Position numbers and translations under genes: made by a program
Notes under the pieces: model-generated
What the model saw: only the letters and a program-made list of their open reading frames with translations
The model's database searches: none
Told to the model about the DNA's origin: nothing
From: an uncultured Eubacteriales bacterium
GTDB taxonomy: Bacteria; Bacillota; Clostridia; Lachnospirales; Lachnospiraceae
Length of the DNA stretch: 64,000 nt
Assembly (NCBI GenBank): GCA_900314565.1
Contig: OMVU01000006.1
Span: 66,074-130,073, forward strand
Direction of reading: 5' to 3'
In this document: positions 34,339 through 43,293 of the stretch, one piece after another
Position numbering within the stretch: the stretch's first letter is position 1
How the letters are laid out: every line of letters starts with the position of its first letter

Positions 34339-37164
34339 ATGGTAAAAGATGTAAATCCCATGATTCACGTCAACGAACGTGATTTCCCGGTCACGGATTA
34401 TCACTGTAACGATCCGGAAAAGAAAAAGCTTGTCATGAAGCTCGCGCTCATGATCACGGACAACATTCCGCGGAAGCTCCCGGGAGGAATGAAAGAGAAT
34501 CACATGGACTTCTGGATCCTCGACAGGCTCCTTACCAAAGAGGAAGTCCGCTTTATGCTCAGCTTTAAGAAGAGAAGAGTCGGGCTGACGACACGCGAGC
34601 TCGCGGTCCGCAACAAGATGAGCATGCAGAGAACGCAGAAAATGATCGATCACCTTCTGTGGATCGGCATTCTGGAACAGAACCGTGACAACGCGGATCA
34701 CCATATCCAGTATCTTATCCCGAAATGGGTCGTCGGATCGGGCGAATACATGGTCGAGCACCCGACACTCCCGGACGAGCATCCGGAGGTCGCGACGATG
34801 TTCAACCTCGCGCCGCAGGAGCCGCTGGAGCTTGCGGCCAAGCTCATCCCGCCGGGAGGAGCAGGCATCGGCATGCATGTCATTCCTGTGGAGAAGGCGA
34901 TCCCGGTCGACACGAAGAGCGTTTCCGTGGAGCACCTGTCCCACTGGATTCAGAAATACGACACCTTCTGCAAGATGGTCTGCGCGTGCAGAAAGGCGCA
35001 GAGGATCCGCGGGGAGGGTGTCGGAGACATCGAAGGCTACATGTGTATCGGCTGCGGCGACATCGCGGAGTATCTCGTAACGTCCGGCAAGGACGCGGTG
35101 TACATCACGAAGGAGGAGGTCCTTGAGATCCTCGAGAGGGCAGAGCGCAAGGGCTACGTCCATCAGATCACGAATCTGGACGGACCGAACCGCATCGTCG
35201 GCATCTGCAACTGCTCTCCGGGAAGCTGCTACGGCCTCCGCACATCGCAGCTCTTCAACACGCCGAATATGTCCCGCTCTGCTTACCGCGCCCACGTCGA
35301 TCACACGAAATGCGTGGCCTGCGGCAAGTGCGTCGAGGTATGTCCGGCCGGTGCCGCAAAGCTCGGCCAGAAGCTGTGCCGGGCGGACGGCTCGAAGGTC
35401 GTTTATCCGATGCATGACCTCCCGGATGACAATCCGTGGGGCGAAGATCGCTGGGACAGAGATTATCGTGATCACAATAAGATCAACTGCTACGACGAGG
35501 GAACATCCCCGTGCAAGACGGCTTGTCCTGCCCATCTTGCGGTCCAAGGCTATGTCCGGATGGCTGCCGAAGGCCGCTATCAGGATGCGCTCCGTCTGAT
35601 CCGTCAGGACAATCCGTTCCCGGCAGTATGCGGCGCAGTCTGCAACCGGCGCTGCGAGGACCGCTGCACGAGAGGCCTCGTCGACAAGCCGGTGGCCATC
35701 GACGAGATCAAGAAATTTCTTGCTTACCGTGAGCTGGATGCGGGCGAGCGCTACATCCCGATCTGCGAGAACGGTGACGGAAATCAGTGGGATGACTACA
35801 GGATCGCTGTGATCGGCGCGGGTCCGGCAGGACTCACGGCTGCCTACTATCTGCGGACCGAGGGATACCCTGTCACGGTCTTTGAGCGTGAGGCGCGTCC
35901 GGGCGGCATGCTGATGAACGGCATTCCGAACTTCCGTCTCGACAAGAAGGTCCTTCAGGCTGAGATCGATATCATTGAGAAGATGGGCGTCGAGATCCGC
36001 TGCGGCGTTGAGGTCGGTAAGGACGTGACGATCGGGGAGCTGAGAGAGCAGGGGTACAAGGCATTTTACGTTGCGATCGGTCTGCAGGGCGGCCGCCTGG
36101 CAGGCGTTCCCGGCGAGGACGCAGCGGGCGTGGAGTCCGGCGTGAGCTTCCTGCGCAGAGTCAATCAGGATCATACGATCCGCCTTGACGGTGACGTCGT
36201 GGTCGTCGGCGGCGGAAATGTCGCAGCCGACGTCGCCCGCGCGGCAAAGCGCACGACAGACGGTAAGGTCACAATGCTCTGCCTCGAACAGCGCGATGAG
36301 ATGCCCGCCGCAAAGGATGAGATTGCGGAAGTCCTGGAAGAGAATATTGTGATCATGAACGGCTGGGGCCCGAAGGAAGTCATCGCAGAGGACGGGAAGG
36401 TCACGGCGATCGTCTTTAAGAAATGTGTCTCCGTCTTTGACAGTGAGCATCGCTTCAGCCCGGTCTATGATGAAAATGAAACCATCACAGTTCCCTGCGC
36501 CAATGTGCTCATGGCGATCGGCCAGTCCGCGGAGTGGGGAAATCTGCTCGACGGCACGAAAGTGGAAGTCCGCAGAAACGGTACGGCTGTCGCGGACAGC
36601 GTGACACTGCAGACAGCGGAGCCGGATATCTTCGTCGGCGGAGATATTTATCACGGGGCAAGATTTGCGATCGACGCGATCGCGGAAGGCAAGGAGGGAA
36701 TGGTCTCCATCAACCGCTTTGTCCATCCGGGTCAGTCGCTCACGATCGGAAGGGATCTTCGCCAGTTCATTGAACTTGACCGCGACGATATCCTCATCGA
36801 GTCCTATGACAATGCGGATCGTCAGGCTCCGGGCATGCGTCCGGGCGATCCGGATAAGACATTTGAGGACCTCAGACTTCCGCTCACCGAGGAGCAGGTC
36901 AAAGTCGAGGCAAACAGGTGCTTGAAATGCGGTGCCACCACCGTCGACCTCAATCAGTGCGTCGGCTGCGGCCTGTGCACGACCAGGTGTGAATTCGACG
37001 CGATCCATCTCTCGAGAGATATTCCGGAGGCGAGCGAGATGCATACCGCGGAGGAGATGATGAAGGTCGTCGGTCCGTATGCGGCAAAGCGCGCAGTGAA
37101 GATCATGAAGAAGAAGCTTACGGAGAAGAAGGACGCGAAGAAGGCCGGCACTGAGAAGTCATAA
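34339..37164 (+). CDS. Large Fe-S flavoprotein: 4Fe-4S dicluster + GltD-like pyridine nucleotide-disulfide oxidoreductase + C-terminal ferredoxin
   Basis: CVACGKCVEVCP, PCKTACP..NPFP..CGAVCNRRCE, GAGPAGL, GGGNVAAD, FVGGD, RCLKC and CVGCGLCTTRC. Confidence 0.88.
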   Translation: MVKDVNPMIHVNERDFPVTDYHCNDPEKKKLVMKLALMITDNIPRKLPGGMKENHMDFWILDRLLTKEEVRFMLSFKKRRVGLTTRELAVRNKMSMQRTQKMIDHLLWIGILEQNRDNADHHIQYLIPKWVVGSGEYMVEHPTLPDEHPEVATMFNLAPQEPLELAAKLIPPGGAGIGMHVIPVEKAIPVDTKSVSVEHLSHWIQKYDTFCKMVCACRKAQRIRGEGVGDIEGYMCIGCGDIAEYLVTSGKDAVYITKEEVLEILERAERKGYVHQITNLDGPNRIVGICNCSPGSCYGLRTSQLFNTPNMSRSAYRAHVDHTKCVACGKCVEVCPAGAAKLGQKLCRADGSKVVYPMHDLPDDNPWGEDRWDRDYRDHNKINCYDEGTSPCKTACPAHLAVQGYVRMAAEGRYQDALRLIRQDNPFPAVCGAVCNRRCEDRCTRGLVDKPVAIDEIKKFLAYRELDAGERYIPICENGDGNQWDDYRIAVIGAGPAGLTAAYYLRTEGYPVTVFEREARPGGMLMNGIPNFRLDKKVLQAEIDIIEKMGVEIRCGVEVGKDVTIGELREQGYKAFYVAIGLQGGRLAGVPGEDAAGVESGVSFLRRVNQDHTIRLDGDVVVVGGGNVAADVARAAKRTTDGKVTMLCLEQRDEMPAAKDEIAEVLEENIVIMNGWGPKEVIAEDGKVTAIVFKKCVSVFDSEHRFSPVYDENETITVPCANVLMAIGQSAEWGNLLDGTKVEVRRNGTAVADSVTLQTAEPDIFVGGDIYHGARFAIDAIAEGKEGMVSINRFVHPGQSLTIGRDLRQFIELDRDDILIESYDNADRQAPGMRPGDPDKTFEDLRLPLTEEQVKVEANRCLKCGATTVDLNQCVGCGLCTTRCEFDAIHLSRDIPEASEMHTAEEMMKVVGPYAAKRAVKIMKKKLTEKKDAKKAGTEKS

Positions 37165-37185
37165 TACACAGAGCTTTTCTGATTC

Positions 37186-37265
37186 AAGAACGCCTCAGCG
37201 TTCTTGCCGCGCCGCGCATGGTGCGAAGCACCTTCCACTTTGCGCGGCTGCGATCCGCCGGAGGC
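37186..37265 (+). repeat. Repeat family D (80 bp REP-like) copy
   Basis: AAGAACGCCTCAGCGTTCTTGCCGCGCCGCGCA.GGTGCGAAGCACCTTC...TTTGCGCGGCTGCGATCCGCCGGAGGC; nearly identical to 50263-50342. Confidence 0.9.
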
Positions 37266-37266
37266 G

Positions 37267-37325
37267 TTTATCTCAGTGGCCTTCCCCCGCTTATAGAAGC
37301 GGGGATCTTCCCCACTGAGATAAAT
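37267..37325. repeat. Family-A-related nested hairpin
   Basis: TATCTCAGTGG...CCCCGCTTATAGAAGCGGGG...CCACTGAGATA shares arms with family A. Confidence 0.65.
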
Positions 37326-37386
37326 AACAGCCTCGATCTATCGGATTTTCAGATTGCAGATGTAGTGGGATTTGCATACTGTTATT

Positions 37387-37428
37387 AAAAATAAGACCCG
37401 GGCTTTTCGAAGCCCGGGTCTTTGTTTC
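37387..37428. terminator. Bidirectional intrinsic terminator
   Basis: AAGACCCGGGCTT-TTCG-AAGCCCGGGTCTT-TGTTT. Confidence 0.8.
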
Positions 37429-37477
37429 ATGTGCTGAAATGAACAGTCTGTTCTTCTGCACTCTGTGCAGCTGGTTC

Positions 37478-38836
37478 TCACTTACTGAACACGTGCCAGA
37501 CGCCGTCTTTCAGCGCGTAGATACAATCATAGGCGCTCTCGATCTTCTCCCATTTATGCTCCAGGATCTGTTTCCCGTCGAAGAGCTCATATGCGCCGTA
37601 CAGTTTAGTGTTTTCATCCCGGGCATAAATCATTCCGGTGCCGAGGCTGCCGATGCTTTTCTTGTCGGTCAGATCCAGTGTCTTACCGGTGTTCAGGATC
37701 AGGTATTTGCCCTTCTCAATATCCTCACACAGCCCGGAGTTCGGAGATCCTTCGATCTTGTCGCTGATTATGTGCCCGTCCGGTGCGATCAGCAGAGTGG
37801 TCTTGCTTCCGGATTGTTCTTTTGCATACAGATATCCTTCACTCAATTCGGAAATCGAGTAATACTTCGGTTCAAAAATCACTTTGCCGGATTTATCTGT
37901 AAGGCCGTAGAGATAGTTTCCGGCCTCATCTTTCAGAGTTGTCTTAAGGAGGCCGTTTCCGATGAGATCAGGTGTATTTTGGTAAGCCGGCTCCACAAGA
38001 ATCTTCCCGTCATATGTCATGACACCGTACAGACCGTTGTCTCCTTTGAAACCAAGAAGGCCGTCCCCGATGATCATCCCTTCCTTTTCGCTCTCCGCGA
38101 CCTGCTTCATAGTATCGTCATAGTAGAAGGTCTTTCCGTCCTTATACGAGTAATAAAAGCCTCTTTTTACCATACCCAGTCTGGATGCATCGTCCGCGAG
38201 CACCTTGCCGGATGCGTCGAGGACACGGGGGGTGTTCTCCCGGTCATTTGCGACATAACTCACACCGCAGACTGCAAACGATTGTTTGGGATCTGTGAAG
38301 ACATAGTCCGTGAGCAGCTTTTCGCCATCCACATCGAACAGCTGCTTTCTGCCTTTAAAAAGAACATCTTTGTCATCAGGAAAGCCGACCGTGAACATAT
38401 CCGCAGAGACGTACATCATGGCCTCGTCCTTGTTATCCGTCTGCTCCTCCCCGAAGATCACCTGGAGGTAGTGCTCGTTTTCCACGTCAATCACACAGAG
38501 GGACCAGGGGATCAGCATCGTTCCGTCAGTATTCACGACACAGCTCTCCGGAACCTCCGCACCCTGGCGGTCAAGCTCCCAGAGATCGCCTGTGAGGTGT
38601 TTGCATCGGGAGAAAAGCAGATCCGGGAATTCCTTTCCGTCCGGATCGCAGAACATCTTCTGTTCGCCTTTATCCTTATATATAAGAGGGGCATTGATGC
38701 CCTCGAATCTCAGATCTCCTCCTGCGTCCTTGATCTGTTTCTCTTCCTTCAGAACGGGCTTCCCGGCAGCGAATACGCTGCTGCTTCCGATGAGCATGGA
38801 GATAATGAGGCCGGCAGCTAGTAATGTTCGTTTCAC
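37478..38836 (-). CDS. Secreted WG-repeat-like (beta-propeller-type) protein
   Basis: GTG 38836 with AAGGAGG; signal peptide; repeats such as NGLYGVMTYDGKILVEPAY and YLYGLTDKSGKVIFEPKY. Confidence 0.7.
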   Translation of the reverse strand: MKRTLLAAGLIISMLIGSSSVFAAGKPVLKEEKQIKDAGGDLRFEGINAPLIYKDKGEQKMFCDPDGKEFPDLLFSRCKHLTGDLWELDRQGAEVPESCVVNTDGTMLIPWSLCVIDVENEHYLQVIFGEEQTDNKDEAMMYVSADMFTVGFPDDKDVLFKGRKQLFDVDGEKLLTDYVFTDPKQSFAVCGVSYVANDRENTPRVLDASGKVLADDASRLGMVKRGFYYSYKDGKTFYYDDTMKQVAESEKEGMIIGDGLLGFKGDNGLYGVMTYDGKILVEPAYQNTPDLIGNGLLKTTLKDEAGNYLYGLTDKSGKVIFEPKYYSISELSEGYLYAKEQSGSKTTLLIAPDGHIISDKIEGSPNSGLCEDIEKGKYLILNTGKTLDLTDKKSIGSLGTGMIYARDENTKLYGAYELFDGKQILEHKWEKIESAYDCIYALKDGVWHVFSK

Positions 38837-38956
38837 AATTTCCCTCCTTATTGAACTTGCAGCTCCTTTGAAGTGACCAAAGCAGTTGAAACAATGAGTT
38901 GAACTATATGGCATTTTCTGCTTATTGAGTGTACGTGAGTATTGTGCGATGAAGAT

Positions 38957-39140
38957 TCAGGAACGCCTCAGCGTTCCTGCCGCACCGCGCTTATGTGCGA
39001 AGCACCTTCCTCGCGCCAGATATCGGACTTCTGCTAGTTCCTGCCGCACTGCGCAGGAGCGAAGCACCTTCCTCGCGCCAGATATCGGCCTTCCGCTTGT
39101 TCCTGCCGCACCGCGCAGGGCTCAAAGCATCTTCCTCGCG
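38957..39140 (+). repeat. Tandem x3 (~62-64 bp) degenerate family D units
   Basis: GTTCCTGCCGCAC...GAAGCACCTTCCTCGCGCCAGATATCGG units start at 38973, 39037 and 39099. Confidence 0.85.
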
Positions 39141-39167
39141 AGATCGTATGCACGATGAAGAATAAGA

Positions 39168-40316
39168 TCAGACATCTCTGATGTCCATCGTCATGATCGT
39201 CGTCAGATCGTTATCGGACGGGTCTTCCATCTCCGAGACGCGGGTCGCGTGATTGGTGATGATCGTCTCGAACATGTTGCGGATGTCGCGGGCATTTGCG
39301 AAGTTCTCACCTTTTGAAGCCTCGCGCTTTTTGATGATATCCTCGATCATCTCCTTCGCTTCAAGGCTGAAGGTGTAGTTGTATTTTCTGCAGTTCATTT
39401 CCCAGATCTGGATGAGCTCATCCGCCGTATAGTCCGGGAATTCCATGTACTTGTTGAATCTGGACTTGAGGCCGGGATTGCTCTCGACGAACTTTTTCAT
39501 GAGGTCCGTGTAGCCGGCGACGATGACGACAAGATCCTTGCGGTTGTCCTCCATCGCCTTCAGGATCGTATCGATCGCCTCCTGACCGAAGTCGCCCTGC
39601 CCGCCTTCCTTGTTCAGCGTGTAGGCCTCGTCGATGAAGAGGATACCGCCCATGGCTTCCTTGATCTTGTCCTGTGTCTTAATTGCGGTCTGCCCGACAA
39701 AGCCGGCCACGAGACCGGAGCGGTCGACCTCGACGAGCTGTCCTTTCGAGAGAACACCGATCTCCTTGTAGAGTCTTGCCAGAATGCGGGCGACCGTCGT
39801 CTTGCCTGTTCCGGGGTTGCCGGAGAAGACGAGGTGGAGGGAGACCGGGACGGTCTTCATGCCCTTGGCTTCGCGCATTTTCTGCATTTTCACAAGAGAG
39901 ATCAGCTCCTTCACGTCCTCCTTGATCGTGCCGAGGCCGATGAGCTCGTCCAGCTCCTCCATGGCGCTCTTTTCGGGCTCCTTCTTCTCGCCTTTGTCGG
40001 GCGTGGAGCCAGCTGCCGCCTGCGGGGCATCCGTCGGCGGGACTGATTCCTCCGCCTTTTCCTTTTCTTTATCCTTATCGTCCGCCTTTTTATCGTCCGC
40101 TTTCTTATCGTCTGCTTTCTTATCCCCGGCGTTCTTTTCTGCCTGCGGCGTATCGGCCTTTCCGGTCTTTATGGACGTGAGTTTTTCGTCAAGCAGAGCG
40201 TTCATCTTTTCTTTATCGCTCTTTTTCGTCATCTTGGTGAGGACGTCATCTCCGAAAAAGTCGCTGTAGACGCTGTCTATAATTTCATCGATTCTGAGGT
40301 TTGACTTATCTTTCAT
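39168..40316 (-). CDS. SpoVK/CbbX/EccA-clade AAA+ ATPase
   Basis: HLVFSGNPGTGKT, LVAGFVGQTA.KT, LFIDEAY, IVAGY, NPGLKSRF and FANAR; charged N-terminus with KKADD x3. Confidence 0.88.
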   Translation of the reverse strand: MKDKSNLRIDEIIDSVYSDFFGDDVLTKMTKKSDKEKMNALLDEKLTSIKTGKADTPQAEKNAGDKKADDKKADDKKADDKDKEKEKAEESVPPTDAPQAAAGSTPDKGEKKEPEKSAMEELDELIGLGTIKEDVKELISLVKMQKMREAKGMKTVPVSLHLVFSGNPGTGKTTVARILARLYKEIGVLSKGQLVEVDRSGLVAGFVGQTAIKTQDKIKEAMGGILFIDEAYTLNKEGGQGDFGQEAIDTILKAMEDNRKDLVVIVAGYTDLMKKFVESNPGLKSRFNKYMEFPDYTADELIQIWEMNCRKYNYTFSLEAKEMIEDIIKKREASKGENFANARDIRNMFETIITNHATRVSEMEDPSDNDLTTIMTMDIRDV

Positions 40317-40438
40317 GATATCCTGGTGAGACCCGGATCTTGCGGCGGATCCCGTATCCTTTCTCCCGGAAAAGTCCGGGTATGGTTCGGTGAGCTGGCC
40401 CGCCAAGAGCCTTTTCTTTCTTACTCTATGACAGGAAA

Positions 40439-40488
40439 TTGCGAAAATCTGTGCTTCACACAATTCCATTTCGCACAGGGTTTCGCAA
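40439..40488. repeat. Repeat family C (50 bp palindromic)
   Basis: TTGCGAAA.TCTGTGC...GCACAG.GTTTCGCAA; matches 58658-58707. Confidence 0.85.
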
Positions 40489-40693
40489 GCACCTTTTACT
40501 CTATGATAATGATTTTAACGGTCAGATGCAAGTGCGTAAACACCGTCTCAGGGCATGTGAGGAGGGGCGTGATCTGCTTTTAGCAGGTACCTTCTGTTCC
40601 GATACTGCTGCCAGGCAAAGGGGCAGGATAATTTGACAGGTCAGCCGGTTCCTTCGGCGAGGATGTCTCGCGTTAAGCAAACAGGCCGGGTAC

Positions 40694-41980
40694 TCAGCCG
40701 TTTTTATAGGCGAACGCCAGAGCGGGCAGAAGTTCTGCATTGGCGCTCCAGATAGACGGATACTCACCGATTCCGATCGGGCATTCGCTGTAGCCGTTCT
40801 CGATCGTCACGGACGGAACACCCCTTACGAGCACGAAATAGTCGCTGCAGCCCGCCGCGTCCTGAGAACTCTGCACTGAGGACGAGCCGGCATATCCGGT
40901 CATGACGGAGACCAGGCTCATCAGGGCATAATCCTTATCGTAGACTTCTCCGGAGCTGCCGTAGTCCCAGTAAATGACCCCGCCCATCGAGTGATAGGAG
41001 ATCGTGATCATCGCATTGCACGAATCAGCTGCATTGAGGATCGCCTGTGTTTCAGGCTCCGATGCCGGGGAAGTGCCTTTGTAATGGTCAGAAGAAGGAT
41101 AGGGGACGCCTTCGTACATATCCCATCCGGCGTCAAAGTTTCTGTTCAGATCGACGCCCCGGGCATTGGCTTTCCAGCGTGTCCAGTACGAATCGCCGCC
41201 TGATGTGCGTCCGCCGTTCAGGTCATTCTGAAGGATGTCGGAGAGACCGGCGCGGAGGTCTTCATTTTCGATCGCGTCCGGGCCGAACTGACTGATCGAA
41301 ACACCGTCCGGATTCGACATCGGTAAAATGTGAAAACAGACGGAGGAGAGCAGCTGGTCATAGGATGCATCCGCATACATTCCATCTGCGTGATGGTGGA
41401 GAAAATACTCAATCTGCTCCATCGCGACCAGCGTGTTGATGTACTCCCGCGCGTGGATCGAGGCCTGGATCAGGATGTGGTGGGCGCTCTCGGGATTGCC
41501 AAGGATGGCTTCCGGGATCTCTCTCCCGTCCAGAGACGTCCCGCAGCTTCTGACTGTGAGCAGATCCGGGTAGGCAGCGGCCATCTCAGAGAGGTCTGTC
41601 ATCATCTGCTCATATGTATAGAGGGAGGTCTCCGTGCTCACAAAGTCGATGCCGGCCGGATCCTCGGACGGCGCAGCCGGTGATTCCGGTGCGGGGGTCG
41701 GATCGGCGGCGGGGGCAGCGGACGAATCAGGGGATTCATTCTTTGAAGAGCCGGTGCTTCCCGCTGCGGATGCGGTGGATTCCGTGCCGGAAGTATCGGA
41801 TCCTGAGGAGGGATTGACAGCAGCGGAATCCAGGGCTGTCAGGGTGCCCGCGGAGGAGGACGTGGTATTCATGGATCCCGATCCGGAATTCGTGGCAGCG
41901 GTTTTTCCGCAGCCGGCAAGAAGTGCGAGGGCGGAGCAGAGGGCCAGAACTGTTCTTCCGGCGTGTTTTATTTTCTTCAT
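40694..41980 (-). CDS. Lipoprotein M14 zinc peptidase (gamma-D-Glu-meso-DAP peptidase-like)
   Basis: Lipobox LLAGC, Ser/Thr/Ala linker, HARE, NARGVDLNRNF, SYHS and TIENG. Confidence 0.85.
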   Translation of the reverse strand: MKKIKHAGRTVLALCSALALLAGCGKTAATNSGSGSMNTTSSSAGTLTALDSAAVNPSSGSDTSGTESTASAAGSTGSSKNESPDSSAAPAADPTPAPESPAAPSEDPAGIDFVSTETSLYTYEQMMTDLSEMAAAYPDLLTVRSCGTSLDGREIPEAILGNPESAHHILIQASIHAREYINTLVAMEQIEYFLHHHADGMYADASYDQLLSSVCFHILPMSNPDGVSISQFGPDAIENEDLRAGLSDILQNDLNGGRTSGGDSYWTRWKANARGVDLNRNFDAGWDMYEGVPYPSSDHYKGTSPASEPETQAILNAADSCNAMITISYHSMGGVIYWDYGSSGEVYDKDYALMSLVSVMTGYAGSSSVQSSQDAAGCSDYFVLVRGVPSVTIENGYSECPIGIGEYPSIWSANAELLPALAFAYKNG

Positions 41981-42265
41981 GAGAGTCTCCTTTATGTCTG
42001 TGACAGAGTCAGTATCCTTTTTTCATCGCGCAATGCTCGTGTCTTCAGACATGAGATACGTGTGCAAAGTGAAACTCGCTTTCATCGTGAGTATAATCTC
42101 GCGATGAAGAATAGATTTTATCGGAAGTTCCGCAAGCAACTGACGATAAAAGGGCGATGAAATCGCCCGTATTATGATTATGAGGTTCGCGAAGCGGTTC
42201 TCAAAATAAAAGCCTCAGCTACACAATGCTCCACTGGAGCATTGTTACGCATGCTTAGGCACGGT

Positions 42266-42336
42266 GGATCGCAGCCGCGCAAAGAAGAAGGTGCTTCGCA
42301 CCCTGCGCGGCGCGGCAAGAACGCTGAGGCGTTCTT
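42266..42336 (-). repeat. Repeat family D, reverse copy
   Basis: Reverse complement of the 37186 and 50263 elements. Confidence 0.85.
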
Positions 42337-42570
42337 AATATAGAAATTCCATAAATGTATCATAATCCATGAAAAGACGGAGGGTCAAGTGACTGTCCCT
42401 CCGGAGCGTGAATTGCATCAGAATGCATCAGAATGCGGCTGCTTTTACGGCTGGACTGTACTGTATTTCCTGCTTCATTGCTATGTATTTAGATAACAAT
42501 GGACGATATTTTTTCTTCCGGACAGGATGTCATTCATCTGGATACTTAGGCTGATAGAGTGATTGGAAAA

Positions 42571-42643
42571 CGTAGCAAAGAGCTTCCCTTTGGTTTATCA
42601 CTAGAATTAAGCGTAGCAAAGAGCTTCCCTTTGGTTTATCACT
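42571..42643 (+). repeat. Perfect 32-bp direct repeat x2, 9-bp spacer
   Basis: CGTAGCAAAGAGCTTCCCTTTGGTTTATCACT at 42571-42602 and 42612-42643. Confidence 0.9.
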
Positions 42644-43090
42644 TGCTTTATTCAGGCGGTTAGGTACAGTGGTTGATTTTCTGGAATTTGTTCTCCAGGG
42701 TTTTTACTGATTTACGGTTAATTAGGCACAGCGATGGAATATTTGACATTTGTCCCCCGTGCGAATAAGGCGTCTTCCTGCTGATTAGGCACAGCAGTGG
42801 ATTTTCTGGTATTTGTTCCCCATATATTGCTTTGACATATGGAGAACAAATGCAGGAGAGCAGCTTCCTGTACCTAAACGGCCCGGATAAAGAGAAATCC
42901 ATGGGGTACAGATGCTGGAAATCGGTTTCCTGTGCCTAAACAGCCCGGACAGAGAGAAATCCATGGAGTACAGATGCAGGAAAACAGCTTCCTGTGCCTG
43001 AACGCCCGGATAAAGAGAAATCCATGGAGTACAGATGCAGGAAAACAGCTTCCTGTGCCTGAACGCCTGAATAAAGCGAAATCCATGGGG
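42643..43090. repeat. Inverted arrays of a 61-62 bp unit (3 reverse + 4 forward)
   Basis: Forward units start at 42839, 42901, 42963 and 43024; degenerate reverse-complement units lie at about 42643-42823. Confidence 0.8.
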
Positions 43091-43293
43091 AAAAATGAGA
43101 GGAAAACAGATTTTTGTTTCTGAATATCCTGCTGAAACAGAATTTCCTGAGGAACAAAAGAAGAATACCAAATGTAAGCGGGACTTTGTTATAATTATAT
43201 AAGAATTATTTCGGATCTTGCTTATGAAAGAGCTGTCCGGATCCTGTCGGTCTCTGCGTTAAGACACTGTCTTCGCAAAGAACCCGCCTTCAT

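Noticed and set aside
34318-37044. 908-aa antisense ORF (also 6912-8567, 18090-19514, 37439-38821, 46242-47678, 60766-62151)
   Set aside because: These shadow well-supported genes on the opposite strand, show no motifs, and are expected from GC-rich codon bias.
42832-42837. TTGACA at the centre of the foldback array as a -35 box
   Set aside because: No -10 hexamer at 16-18 nt spacing.
42571-43090. CRISPR array
   Set aside because: Whole units repeat with no unique spacers; the 32-bp pair has only a 9-bp spacer; no cas genes.
42785-43171. Small ORFs across the 42.6-43.2 kb region
   Set aside because: They arise from the 61-62 bp repeats, whose period breaks frame; no RBS or protein-like composition.
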